Shown one piece after another: positions 11,403 to 24,929 of a stretch of 64,000 nt of DNA. Under the pieces are notes generated by a model. The model did no database searches, was not told the DNA's origin, and was given only the letters and a program-made list of their open reading frames with translations. A program made the translations under genes and the position numbers. Each line of letters starts with the position of its first letter. Positions within the stretch are counted from its first letter, which is position 1. Source of the stretch: Carcharhinus longimanus (Eukaryota); assembly GCA_030264375.1 (NCBI GenBank), contig JASCQW010000032.1, positions 43,873,709 to 43,937,708 of the forward strand. The letters are read 5' to 3'.

Positions 11403-14039
11403 ATTTTAATTCTGAGAAAAGAATAATTTTTTTTTAAGTCATTTATTTTGTACATTCATTAACAAAACTTCCTGTCCTGACGAGCAACTTTTCTGTGGGG
11501 CTAGCTCCACACTATTAGCACCTAATATCAGATGCTGGCCTTTTCAGAATGTGTTGAAATTCGACTTTTGGTAGCACTTTTCTGCAACAGGAAGTTTTAA
11601 TCTGGTTTTATTGGTTCTCAGCCAGCTGGGGACGGGGTTGGGTACAATTATGCATCTGCCAACAGCAACATTGTTTTCATGTCAATGCACCCAAATGTCA
11701 CCCACAGGCCACCCATTATTGCACTCCATGAGTCTGACTCACATCTGGGAGTAATGTCAGAGTGGACAGATGTAGTGAATGTGGTGTGTCAATGACAGGC
11801 GTTTCTAGGTTACATTAAAACCTAGATACAGGAGCTCAACACAAACTCATAAAATATCAAACAAAGAAAGGAAACAGTTAATTCCCAAATAGTTAGTCAA
11901 GGGCATAGACAATGAGTTATGTAACACCACGTAACTGCACAGTAGCAGATCAAATGCAATGCAAATAAGTATAAAATATCTTACACTGTAAGAAAATGAG
12001 GAATATCTCCACTCAATAAATAGTCATGAAATAGCTACAAGAATCATACATACATATGAATTAGGAAAAGGAATAGGCCATTCAGCCCCTCAAGCCAGCT
12101 CTGCTGATTTGATTGTGGCTTCTACTTTTCCTTCTACCCCTTAAACCCTTTAACTCCCTTGTCAATCAAGAACATATCTAACTCAGCCTTAAAGATATTC
12201 AATGACCCTGCCTCCTCTGCTCTCTGGGTAAGAAACATTGAAATGACTCTAGCATTGGTTAAGTAGATTTCACAATTAGTCATTTCACTGCAGTAATTAA
12301 CATAAAAAGCAGAATGATGAATTGTATTGCCAAATCTGTAGAGTTTAAGTTGGAGGATGTCATACTAAATTGTACAATGCTCTGGTCTGAACGTACCCTG
12401 ACTACAATTTTGGTCATGAAAATACAAAGGAGGCATTCAAGCCCTCAAAGTGGTGCAGAAAAGAGTCATGAGGTTGCTCCCCAGTGTCAGATTATCAGTT
12501 AAGAAAAAAGACTGGAGGAATTTAGGCTTTTAATCCTTCAAAGGTGGTGATTAAGAAGGGATCTCACTAAAGTACACGGTATAGAAAAGCTAAATATGGA
12601 ACATCCTTCATTAAACTATGAAAGGAGATCAAACTGGTAAAATGCAAATTTAAGACTGATGCTTGGAAGTTCTTCGTTTGTAGATCAATAAATATAGGAT
12701 AGGACTGGACAAAATTGAAGAAGAACATCTGGAATCACAGGAAGAGACTGTAAATTTGGTCTGAATGGAAGAGCTAAGTTATTCTGAATCTGACTCTATT
12801 TTGTGATATATGACATAGATTAATAAAATAGAAACCTCATGCAATGCACCAAAACACAAAAGTCTGGACATTACTCTAAGCAGTTACCTTGTGAACTCTC
12901 AACTTTTGGATATAAGGCAGTTAACAAAACATGTATTCATAGTAAGACACAGTGGGTCGGGCCAACATGGTTTATGGGTGCCAATTTGCAATTTAGCAAT
13001 GTTATACTAGAAAATTGGCACGAGTGTGAATTTGGCACTGCACTTATAATGAAATCAGCATAAACATTTTCAAATTAAAACAGACATCACCATTAGCTTC
13101 TATAGCAATCAGATAGGCAGAAACATCTGATCTATTAATACATCCAAGTCCACTGGATCATTTGAGATTACCTCAACAGCTTGATGTAAAAAAGCAGGAA
13201 TTAATTCTGGGAGTTTTACTAGCTAGGTCTTAATGCTGTTGGTTCAATGTTCATGGTCAACACAGTAAATAAGCTTTTGAGGTTCAAAGCTAAGGCGTGA
13301 TTTATGTCAAAGGAGTGATGTTGAAGTTATAGCTGGCCTTGATGAAGTTCTGTCTACAATACTGAGTATAGTCTTGGCCTCCATAATAAATAGAACTACT
13401 GGAAGCAATCCAGAGGAAATAACAAGGCTGATTCCAGAACTAAGAGAGTTGAGTTATGAGAAATGATTTTCCATTCTGGACCTTTATTTTTAGGAGAGAA
13501 AAATGGACACAATAAGGTGTTTCTTTTTAAAATTGTTGAAGGTATACAGGTTTGGATTTAAGAAAGTTCTTAGCCATAAAATTATGGGACTTAAGGAAAC
13601 ACTGAAAATAAAAGAGGGTCAAAGAAAAATACAGACATCCAGATTGTGCTGGGCAACAGACTGTTGACAATTAACTATCAGCTTTTGCCATTATTAGCCC
13701 TTTGAAACTGAGTGCAACTTCAGAATCTGCAGCACTTCCAGCCTCCCGAACTAGCGATCATTGAAACCAGCAGGAACATCAACTTTCTCACTCCCCCATT
13801 ACTGTTAGAAATCCCACTAATGTTATACCCTGATAAATCAGGTGTAACTCTGTTTTTAATGGTGATGTCAATAATAAAATTTAATGAACAATAAAACTGA
13901 CACTGAAAATATAATTTTATAACTATGGAGTGCTGTTAAACAATAATAAGCAGATTTTTAAACCTAATTTTCTTACATAATTTTTTCAAGGTGGTCTTTC
14001 AGGATACTTAGCTTCTAACTTTGCTTCATCTGACTGCCC

Positions 14040-15560
14040 AATCTTTAATTTGTGTCCATTTTTACAAGTGATTTATTTTACTGATGTTTGTTTCCTGGTT
14101 GTGTGACTGTGAAAATCCTTTAATGTGACGAGTTGCTTCAACAACTTAATGACATCACTCCAGCTCTGCAGTGGGAATTTCCCCAGTAATTAATGTTGCA
14201 ATCCAATTGCAGTACCACCACACGATGACAGAGTGAAATTCTCACCAGAGAGATCGCTAGGTCTCTCAGTAGGCCAGCTGCGAGTACTCTTGCTTCGCTG
14301 TCAACTGCAAATTCAAAGTTCTGGAAATTGACTACTGGTCGTAATGATTGAAAAAAAACCATGGCAGGTTTTTAGAAAAAGAAACAGATGAATTCTTGTT
14401 AGTACAAGATTATTAGTTCTAGAATCATAGTTAAGTTTGGATTGGAAGGCTAGATGGACAAATGGTCTTCTTACTTGCAAGTCTGGATGACTTTGCATTA
14501 GTAGAGGTCATATCATAGTTAATTTTGCAAAAAGTAAACAAGATATAGAATGGAACTTTTCCTACCCTGTCAATAATATGAGAAAAACATACATCCTGCT
14601 TTTGTGCAGAACTCCATATAATTAAGAGATAAAAACACAGAATCTGAAAATACAAAGGAACTATGTACGTATCCAAAAAGAGGAAAGGTAAGTTAATGTT
14701 CCGTTTAGAGATTCTCCTGAAGCTCAAAAAAGAATCTCATTCATACAATGAGAAAGTCTGTAGCAGTATTCAAAGTCCTAAATAAACTGAGGTCTACTTG
14801 GTTAACAGAGAGCTGCTGGCTTTTTACATCTATACACCATTATTCTCTGCAATGTTAGCTACAAGGCAGCAACAGATCTTCCATCTCCAGGGTGCAGATG
14901 TAATATTGTTCTCCAGCAAAGTAATTAGAAGTTTGAGTAAAATGCCAGGTGCTGCTGAATCACATTTTTCATGCTGAGTGTTTTGCAATGGTTGGGCTGT
15001 TAAACATGTCCTCATCAGGAGGTGACAGGAGGATTTGTGGGGGGAGGGCTTCTATTAAATTTGTCTTGAAAACAAATTACCTTTTACAATACAACTCTGA
15101 AATTGCCAAAACTGCGCATTTTGCATTTTACAAAGACATTTAAGTAAACAGATTTCACCTGCCCCTGGTGCATGCATGTGCTGGCTTTCCCAATAACATC
15201 TACCATGAATTACAGTTGCTGGCTTGCTGTGTGTAAACACATTGTAATTTGTATCAGAAGATTTCAATTTGCGTCAGCAGGATGCAAATTCATTCCACAC
15301 CAATCATGGAAACAATGTTCAAGTAAAGATTTGCTCATACCAATTCAAGACTTTGCTAAATAATTTCTTTTCTCCGAACCTTACGCAAATATATTTTATT
15401 TTACACTGTTTAATTACCCACAAATGTGATTCAGGTTATTTGACCAATGTCATTATCTGGTTCACAAAGCAGCATAGGGTGGCTAAATATTAATCTGAAG
15501 AAAGTAACAAGAGTAGCCCATTATTGCATTTATGACTTAAACCTGTAGTTGTTTTGTGCA
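14040..15560. promoter_or_regulatory. Candidate conserved non-coding enhancer block
   Basis: No recognisable repeat; several TAATT/AATTA cores, octamer-like atgcaaat, forkhead-like gtaaaca. Confidence 0.4.
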
Positions 15561-16622
15561 ATCCCCCTTTATGTTTGTTACTTCTAAAATTTGGGTAATA
15601 GACAAAATTTGTATTCACCAAAGTATTTTCCGAGGGTAGGAATTTTGTGCAGTGAATTGCAATATTATAAATTTTTGAATGAGTAAAATTCAAAATCACA
15701 GGAATTGTATTTAGTGAGTAGTATGTAAGATGGGTAGTTGTGAACATTCTATATAATGAAAGGTTTTGCAGCTAGCACATGACTGACTGGCCCACAAGCT
15801 GGAAAACATGCTGATTTGTTGCTTTCTAATAAACGTGAAATTTGAGTTTCACAAAAGTTTTAACTGAGAAAATGGAATAATCAATTTCATGAAAACAATT
15901 TTCAGAATAGGCAAACTGCTTCTGCAGTTGCTCTCCGATACATAAAAATAAGAGTTAAACATAATAAGGACATTAATATTAAAATTTTTTAAAAACAACT
16001 CTGAATACTTCCAATTTTCTTCAATTCACCATTGACAAATATCTTCAGTTGAATTGCTCTAAACTCTGGAATCCCACTCCCCCCTTTAAACCGCTCCTCA
16101 AGACCTCTTTGATCAAGCTTTTGGGCATGTGTCATAATATTGCTGTATATAGCCAGATTTCAAATTTTGTTTGATAATTGTTCCCGTGAAGTGCCTCAGG
16201 ATTTGTTTTACTTCATTAAAAGCACTATATAAATATTAAGTTGCTGTTATAAATATACACATTTAATTTTTTAATATTTCCAATAATTTTCCCTTTCTCA
16301 GACTGTCAACCTTTCCTCTGTTGAGGAACAGAAGTGGTTGTGAGACCTCTGATTATAAGAACTTTGAGTTGAGTTTGGGTTCTGGTGCATTCATGACCGC
16401 ACTGACTGAGGGTTCAGTATTCAGCTTATCTCTCAGTAGTAATTGCAACGACCATTATAGTGTTTTTCTTCATTTTTCTTCTTTGACTGTACAGGCAGAG
16501 TCTCAAAGTTTAGTATTCCTTAGCGCTGTTTTTTCTTTCACTCTGCTTGATATATCCATGATTCGGACTTTTCCAAACTGCCTGCCTCTCAAAAAAGATG
16601 ATTAGCAAATTCAAAATGCAAA

Positions 16623-19110
16623 TGTCATATCCAATTTGTGAAATTGCTCCTTTCGTGAAACGGGCACTGGTCGAAATGATTTCATGAACTGGGCAAATGC
16701 ATGGCGCAGATAATAAAATATGCATTTTTAAAGTTGTTCAATAACATAAGTGTGAACACTTTAAATTTGGGAAAATAAGCTTGTCTACAAAGGCACAAAT
16801 GCTGGTTTGTGGAAGGTGTAAAATTTAATACAAGTCTCAAAAGGACCAGTTCACATCTGCTTATTTGACTTGAAAACAAACGATGGAAGATGTGGAATTC
16901 CATGCTGGAACTGAAAATAACATGGTATAGACTTTGTTGTACCCAGACGGAAATGTGATGGCATTCACATCTCTTGGCAAGTAACACTTAACAGTTCACT
17001 GGTGACAAGTTCATCTCTCCTTTGTTGTCCCCAGATGGAAATATGATGGCATTCACACCTTTTGAAGAACCAGTATACAAGCACAGAAATCTTGGCTATC
17101 TAACATAACCCCTGAAAACACCAAAGATGGATGACGTATTGAAAGCTGTGATGTTTTGTTGTCTGTTGAATATGAACAGGAGGTCATTGCTGTCCTCAAA
17201 TGCGGGAAAACTGGACAGAAACTCTTAAGAGATGAATATCATATTCTGAAAACATTTGTGCTTACATTTCTGGGTGATGTGGATGAGATTATCAAGAGCA
17301 ATGCTAAGTGCATGGCTGTGAAGGAAGCAGTCCTATACATGATGCAACAAGCCCGAATTAAAATTGGCCATGGTGGTGAAAAAACTCAAGGAACTTTCAG
17401 AGAAGTGTGCAAGCATCCAACAGTCTCTAATAAGAGCACATCAGCAGTGAGACCTTCGTCTGTCATCAACTTGAATGAATGTGAACAAATAGACCTAGTT
17501 GATATACAGACTATGAAGGGCAGAAATTATCATTTCATACTGCACTACTTGACCAAGTTCCACATCATTCATCCTCTGAAATGCAAGACAGCAGCTGAGG
17601 TTGCCTATGAGCTACTTTGCATATCTCTAAATATTGGAGCTTCACATTTTCTTCAGTCACTTAACAGAAGAGAGTTCGCGGCACTGGTCATCTACAAACT
17701 GACAACACTTTGGAAAGAACTGGTATTAGTCAACAGGTATCCCAGACACCCTCAGAGTCAAGGCTCTGTGGAATCTAATAATGGTGACACAAAACTGAAA
17801 CTAATGGCCTGGATGCCTTACAACAGCTGTGATCAGTGGAGTTATGATGTCCATTTTGTTTAGTAGGCAATGAACAGCAATAACCATGAAGCTATAAAAA
17901 ATGGTTTCTTATCAAGCACTCACTGGAAACAAATCACGGTGCAGCCTCAGATCAAAGTTGCCAGATGCGTTCCCTGACAGAATCTTCACAGACACTGAAG
18001 AACAACAACTGGAAAGACTTTTTGAGGAGAATATGGAAAATCTTCATCTTGAACTAGCCCCAGGACCATCCACTATTGAGTTGGCCCCATGGGTCACCCA
18101 AGAATGATAACCCTGAGCCAGCCCCTGATCTTTCAACATGAACAATCCTGAGACATCCCCAAGACTATCCTCCATTATTGACACTTAGCAGGCCTCTGAA
18201 TCATCCACTACTGATGAAGAACTTCATCCTGCCAATTAATCAGGGCATGATACAGCAAGCCAAGCAATTGTGGCATGCAACACAAGGTTACGTCAGATTG
18301 CAGGTGTTGGAGACAATGCGGCTGTCCCAGTGCCAGCATTTGACCTCAGCAAAGATGACCCACCAAATGTTACAGGTACTGTGCTGGCAGCAGATAGGAC
18401 TGGTTACACCATTGGAATAGATAGGGGGATTGTAAAAGGTAAATTTGCCAGGAATCAGTTTGAGTCGTGCAGTAACTGGATTGAGTGCAGAAGACATTCC
18501 ACCAGAACAACTCAACCTTTGCGAAATTGTACATGCCCAAAGTGTTTGTGGTGGGCAAGGCAGTAACTGCTTATCAAGGTGATGTCCCTGCTTGAAAGCT
18601 GGTCTCCACTGCAACAGTGCCTGTCACAGGCATAAGTCCTGTGACAACATTGACCAGTGCTGGCATATTAAGTACGTATGGATTGTACTTTTGATTTTGT
18701 ACGCATTGATGTATAAAGTATTTGAATGGATGTCATCTTGAGTGAAGTGTAACAGAACACAAATCAATGAATTTGAATTATTTGGATGTCACAATGAATC
18801 TGAAATGTACTTTGAATAAAGGCACATTATGCCTTTCTATGCAAATCTATGAATTGCATTTTTATTTATTTTTGATGTACTGTATTCATTAATGAATCTA
18901 TGCTATATCTTAATGGTTTGGATACAATTCTGAATGAAACATAAGAGGACAGTAAAGTAAATTAAACATTCGTGAATGAAATTGTACTTTCCATTCATAA
19001 AAGCTGGTCATTTCATGAACTGGACAAGTTTTCCAATGCCCATTTCATGAACTGAGTGGTCAAAGTGCCTTTCATGAACTGTAATGATAGACTGCCCATT
19101 TCAAGAAAGC
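16623..19110 (+). mobile_element. Decayed Ginger2/TDD-type DNA transposon with KRBA2/SCAND3-like DDE integrase
   Basis: ORF 17156-17863 has GHGG, QIDLVD, HYLTKF..HPLK.KTAAEVA, LQSxNxREF and PRHPQSQGSVE motifs; frameshifted tail with CPCLKAGLHCNSACH Cys cluster (~18580-18650); left end starts TGT; inverted motif tttcgtgaaacgggca / tgcccatttcaagaaa at the two ends. Confidence 0.8.
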
Positions 19111-19741
19111 GAAATGAAATGTTAAAGAGAAAAGGGAAAAAGTGAAACAAATCCAGAAAGATACAAATACAAGGGTTCAGAGAATGAGAGATTATCAAAC
19201 ATTTAGATAGAGAAAAGATACATAAATTATCAACACAGGAATGAGAAAGGCCACTCAGTTCACCTTAGCTTATTCATCCTGAAGGCAGGTACAGTTCTGA
19301 CAATCACTCCAGATGTGTCACCACCACCACATTCACCGCCAGCAAACCCTTTCATGACAATAACTGCTTCCAAAATTGTGCTGAATTTTGTGCCTTTAGT
19401 ATCAAACTTGGAAGCTCATTCTGTATGTTGGTCATATTTGTGAAGAAGAATGTCTTGCTATCAGTCCTGGAAAAGTCACTTCCTATTTTGAATCTATGTT
19501 CTCTTGTCCATGAGCAATAGCATAGGAATATAATAATCTGATCCATACTTGGTAGAATATGACAGAACATTATATTCCTAATATTTACCGTGTGTAGGAA
19601 TGAAATAAGAATCCTGTTTAATTCTCTTTATTCTATCAAGCCATGATTAAATAATAAAAAGAAACAGGTAAGTAAAAGAAAAGCTGCAAGTATTTATGCA
19701 AATTATGATTCCAACCCAGCAATCAAGGTGAAAAAACTTAC

Positions 19742-19839
19742 CATGATGCCAAATTTCAGGATGTCCATGAAAGTAAGAGCCTATCCCATGACCAATGAAA
19801 TAAGGACACACTTGCAGGCCATTGGCATCTGCTATCTGA
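19742..19839 (-). CDS. METAP1D: METAP1D exon (98 bp): (S)QIADANGLQVCPYFIGHGIGSYFHGHPEIWHH
   Basis: Visible in ORF 19647..19877; GHGIG-x-FH MetAP1 motif; acceptor ctacag, donor GTAAGT. Confidence 0.97.
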
Positions 19840-20339
19840 CTGTAGGTAATAACGAAAGAAATAATCAGCTTTGACATTCATGTAGGAAGTTGGCACAGAA
19901 CACAATATTAAAATATATTTTTACATGTTTTGTTTCCATACATCCCAGCCATGAATAGCAATGTTTTCTCAGGCCTCTCTGTCAATGCTGATGGAACCTC
20001 ACTTCTTCTGCTCTTTATTTTGAGGGGGGAGGGGTGAATCTTGAGTAATACTTGTTTTATTTTGTTGAACCAAGTTCTACAAATCGCCAACAATTGAATG
20101 CCAACTGGGGTTTGCTACACTTACCTATCAGGGAATTCTGCAGCTGCTTAAATGATAACTATACACCAGACAGCATGGTAAATGATTGTGCTGTAGTTTA
20201 CAACTATTATCATAAGTTGGGCATCTGAAGTATATGAGAGCAGCGTTTGATGAACTGGATTCAGGTTTCCCCTCATTTTTTCCTCAGGGGAAAATGCATC
20301 AGTAACAATCAGTATTTTGTCATGTGACTCTACTGAATA

Positions 20340-20652
20340 CACGGTGGCACAGTGATTAGCACTGCTGCCTCACAGGGACCTGGGTTTGATTCTGGCCTCG
20401 GGTGATTGAGATCTGTGTGGAGTTTGCACGTTCTCCCTGTGTTCGTGTGGGTTTTTTCCAGATGCTCCAGTTTCCTCCCACAGACCAGAGATGTGCAGGT
20501 TTATATTTATTAGCCATGCAAAATTGTCCCTTAATGTCAGGGGGGATTAGCAGGGTAAGTACATGGGAGTTACGAGGATATGGCTTGGATGGGATTGTTG
20601 TTGGTGCAGGCTCGATGAGCCAAATGGTCTTCTGCACTATAGGGGTTCCATA
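20340..20652 (+). mobile_element. HE1-like tRNA-derived V-SINE
   Basis: acggtggcacagtgattagcactgctgcctcacag head; tgtgtggagtttgcacgttctccc...tttcctcccaca V-domain; CR1-like tail. Confidence 0.85.
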
Positions 20653-20890
20653 ATTCAGAAATGTACTTTCTTGGAATTTAGAACACATTAATGTTCCAGT
20701 ATTGTAGGGTAAAAAATGTGTGCAAGTATTGACCCTATCTTCTGGTGTGTTAAGACTTTTTGAAAATCTGTTCTTTTATATGCAAAAGGTATAGGGTTTT
20801 ACTTGAACCACATCCTTTCAGCATATCTAATTATACATGGCATATTCTGTATGTTCAGCTGAAGAATTACAGCACATTAGATATCATTGC

Positions 20891-21790
20891 TGTTATGATC
20901 CCAGCTGATGTTATTGCTGGACAAGTCAGACCCTAGAATGGAACCTGGATTGGCAGATCATATTTTTACAAATGTTTTTAAACCAAGGAAGATATTAACT
21001 GAACTGATTCACAACAGTCTGCTGTAGACTTTCTAACAAAACTATAATACATTTATTAAACAAAAAAAAATTGACTATATTACACTTGGCAACAAAAAGG
21101 TTGGAAAGATTACAACACAGGCACAAAGAAAAAATAATTCAAATTCATACTATCCATTTTATCCCAGCAATACCCTTACAAACCCAATACTCCAGTGAAG
21201 AGATACCACTATTTCGCACCAAGGGTAAAGCTGGTTCCATTGCAAAAAAGGTTTATTTTCCACTGGACTCAAAACACTCACTAGACTTTCTTCCACAATT
21301 GGTATCTCCCTTGAGATCCAGAAAACTTACTCTAATTTCACTACTGCCTTAACTTTAGAGCAATATACACAAGTTCCTTAATTCATTTCCTCAGCAGTTT
21401 AACATCATTTTCAGTAAGAGAGGGCCTTAGACCTTTCTGTCTTCATCAACTGGAACAAAAACTGATTTTCTTCTCTCTCCCTATATCTCTGTGTAGATCT
21501 TTTCTCTGATCCACTGTTGCTAGGCAACAGCAGTTTTTTCTGCATTTTGCGTTTGTTTTTACTTCCCTGAACTACTAATGCATTGGTAACCCATCTCTTC
21601 AAGAGTTGTAAAAGTTCATTAAAAAATTATGTATACAAACATGGTCCCAGACTTGCTGCACTCAGATTTCACCTTTTTAAATTCTCAAATTTAAAAAATT
21701 AAACTTAAAGTTAGATCCTGTTCCTAATATCCACAAATACAAATATATCTTAGTTAAAACTATATTTAATTCCGAACACTGCATATAACA
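20891..21790. mobile_element. Possible solo LTR
   Basis: About 900 bp bounded by TGTTAT...ATAACA inverted termini; no clear target-site duplication. Confidence 0.4.
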
Positions 21791-22680
21791 ACTTACATTT
21801 ACGTGCCTTAACATAACAGGATACTTCACAGAAGTGTTATAAAACAAAGTATAACACTGAGACACATGAGGAGATCTTGTGTCAGATAACCAAGCAGAAG
21901 TGCTTTGGAATAGTTAAATCTAGACATAATGAAGATATGAAATGTTTCAGCAGCTGATGAAGGGATGAATTTGCATGATTTATAGAGATGGAAATAAATG
22001 GCACAATTGATGGCTGGGAGCTCATCTTGGGATTAAAGATGATGGCTAAATTGTAAACATATTGGTTTAGCCTCAGAGTGTTGCCAAGGAGAGAGATGAA
22101 ATCCATTACTAAGGAATGAAGTTTGGAGCAGGGATTGAAAACAATGGCTTCAGTATTCCCAATATTCAATCAAAAGAAATTTCTGCAAATCCAAAATGAA
22201 TGTTAGATAAGCAGCCCAATAATTTAGCAATAATGGAATTGTCAAGAGAGGTGGTGGTCTAGCAGAGCTGGCTGCTGTCAGCGTACATGTGAAAAGTTAC
22301 AGTGTGGTTTTGGATGATGTTACTGAAGGACAAATGCTAAATTGGAATGGGTCAGAGATAGGTCCTTGTGGTGTTGGTGGTGGTGGGGCAGTGCGGTGTG
22401 CATGGAGAAGCAGAGGTAACAGTGTGGGAGAAGGAAAAGACATTGAAAGTGATACTCAGGCTATAGTTAAGAATGAAATCAGGTGAGGGCAATTCTGCCC
22501 ATTTCAATTACAGTGGAGAGACCTTTGCAGACAAAAATGTGTTTCAAAGGTTGCACACAGGTTGAGAAGGGTGAGGAGGAATAGTTCATGATTGTTACAT
22601 AGGAAGTTATTTGTGACTTTTATAAGAGTCATTTCAACGTTATGGCATGGACAGAAACCCAATTGGAGGGATTCACATAC
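21791..22680 (-). mobile_element. L2-clade LINE fragment
   Basis: Reverse-strand ORF remnant NIGNTEAIVF...LRLNQYVYNLAIIFNPKMS resembles the L2 RT C-terminal region. Confidence 0.65.
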
Positions 22681-23857
22681 GGGGCTGGATTTATACTCTT
22701 GTTGCAGGTGGCTACTAGAAATGACTACCTTTGACGTCCTACTTTTTTGACCTGCTCCCTAGCTCCTGAAAATTTGACAATAGGACCTCAATACATTCTC
22801 CCTGTTGTTGATACTGNNNNNNNNNNNNNNNNNNNNNNNNNNNNNNNNNNNAAGAGGGTTCCTCACCATACAGCAGAAAGTTGGAAATTTTTCTTAAGAT
22901 GCAACTTTTACATTTTAAAATTTTTCAAAGTCCCTCGCTTCATGAAAAAAACAAATTGACGAAGTAAATGCATTGTAATATTTTCAATGTCTAATTCTGA
23001 CCTCAAAATCCATTTTAAAAATCAAAGTACTGTATGAGGAATTGTGAATAACTTTAGTGTACTTTTTCCTGATACTTTTCTTAATGAGAGATGGCACGGA
23101 AAATTGAAAGCATTGAAAAGGAGCGGGACAGTGAATAAAGTCAGTGTTCAGGAAAGTTAGTTCACACATCATAAATTGGATGGGGAGAGGATTACAGAGG
23201 CAGGAGACAGTTTCATGGGAGAACTGATCTTTCAGAGGTCAAAGGCTGAAGATAGGAAAAACAGTAACATATTGAGGAGGCTTAATGTAAATGCAGAGCT
23301 AGGAATGGTCAGGGTGGGGATTGGGGATGGAAAATGACAGCTGAAATAATTGTTCAGACAGTGTCAATTCTAGAGAAATGCATTAGCTTTTTGCGTTTGG
23401 TGTTTGAAGTGAGGATGGAATAGTTGGATGAAGGGGACTGAAGGGGGCAATCCCCTTAATGCAGCTGCCTGAAATTCTCCTCTCGGTATGTCTGCAGAAG
23501 CAATAATTTATTTAAAATAAATGTGTTCATGTTGCCATTAAAACAGTACAGACAGACATTTCAAACAAATGCATTAAAATTAATGATTGGAAAACTGACA
23601 GCCAGATTCTCTTGCAATTTCAGAGTGATATATTGAATGAACTTGTGACTTTGTTTTAAGTATGATGGTGATAACCCAGATCAAAATAGGCAGTAATAAA
23701 AAGGTAATTAAAACCTGAGAAAATTTCCTAGGGAGATTTATTGAAGCCAAGTCTAGCCAAACTGGATATCTATGGAATAAACTATTTGGCAAGCTAGTGT
23801 CAATTTCTTTTTCTTTATTCTGCCCTGAGATATGGGTGTAACTGGAATTTTTTGTCA

Positions 23858-24185
23858 ATCCCTAATTGCCCGTGACATGAGTGGCTTGCTAGGCCATTTC
23901 AGAATACAGTTAAAAGTTAACTACATTGCTGTGGTTCTGAAGTCAAATGTAGACCAGACCAGACAAGAATGGTAAATTTCCTTCCTTAAGGAACATTAAT
24001 GGACCTGATGGGGTTTTACAACAATTGATAGTTGTCATGGTCAGCATTACTGAGACTAGCTCTATATTCCAGGCTTTTTAGAAATGAACTGAAATTCCAC
24101 CAGGTGCCATAGTGGGATTTGAACCCATGTCCCCAGAGCATAGGCAGGGCCTGTGGATTCAGTAACATTACCACCACACCACTGA
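23858..24185 (-). mobile_element. tRNA-headed SINE-like repeat
   Basis: gggatttgaacccatgtccccagagca is a reversed B-box; a related copy in + orientation lies at ~46050-46260. Confidence 0.55.
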
Positions 24186-24419
24186 AATATAACCAAGAAG
24201 CAGCTCAGCAAGTCTAAAGCCTGGGGAAATATTAATACTTTTCAAAGGTGCTGACTTTAGTTTTAAAATAAGTGATAAAATGTCTCAGCCTGTTTGAGGT
24301 CAGATTATGAAAACACATTGCATAAACTTGATTTATGTCCCCTCAGTTTAGATAGTTAAGGAGTGATCTAATAGAAATGTGTAAAATGAAGAAGGGATTT
24401 AATAAGGCAGATGATAGGC

Positions 24420-24760
24420 TGGCATTGCTGCCTCAAAAGTGCCAAGGACTCCAGTTCTATTCCGGCCTTGGGTGACTGTCTGTGTGGAGTTTGCACATTC
24501 TCCCTGTGTCTGCATGGATTTCCTCCAGGTGCTGCGGTTTCCTTCTGAAGTCCAAAGATGTGTAACTTAGGTGGATTGGCTATGCTAAATTGCCCCTTAA
24601 TGTTCAAAGGTGTTTGTAGGTTAGCTGGATTAGCCATGGGAAATGCACGGGGTTAGGGGGATAATGCAAAGGGGAGGGTCTGGGCAGGACAGTCCTTTTG
24701 GGAGTCAGTGCAGACTCAATGGGCTGAATGGCCTCTTTATGGACTGTAGGACTTCTATGA
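24420..24760 (+). mobile_element. HE1-like V-SINE
   Basis: Same head, V-domain and tail as the 20340 copy. Confidence 0.85.
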
Positions 24761-24929
24761 AGTTAAACTATTTCCTCGGGCGGACGAATCCTGGATAAGG
24801 ATGCATAATATTAAAATTAGATACAGGCCACTTAGGAGTGAAATTTAGAAACATTTTTTCAAAAAGAATGGATGAAATCTGGAACTCTTATCCTAAAAAA
24901 GTAAAGTGAAGTTTATTTATTTGTCACAA

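Noticed and set aside
17156-17863. Domesticated KRBA2/SCAND3-like host gene
   Set aside because: A catalytic Asp is mutated, there are deletions, a premature stop and frameshifts, and transposon termini are present.
20340-20410. tRNA gene
   Set aside because: The A/B-box-like sequence is the head of a SINE, with no complete cloverleaf.
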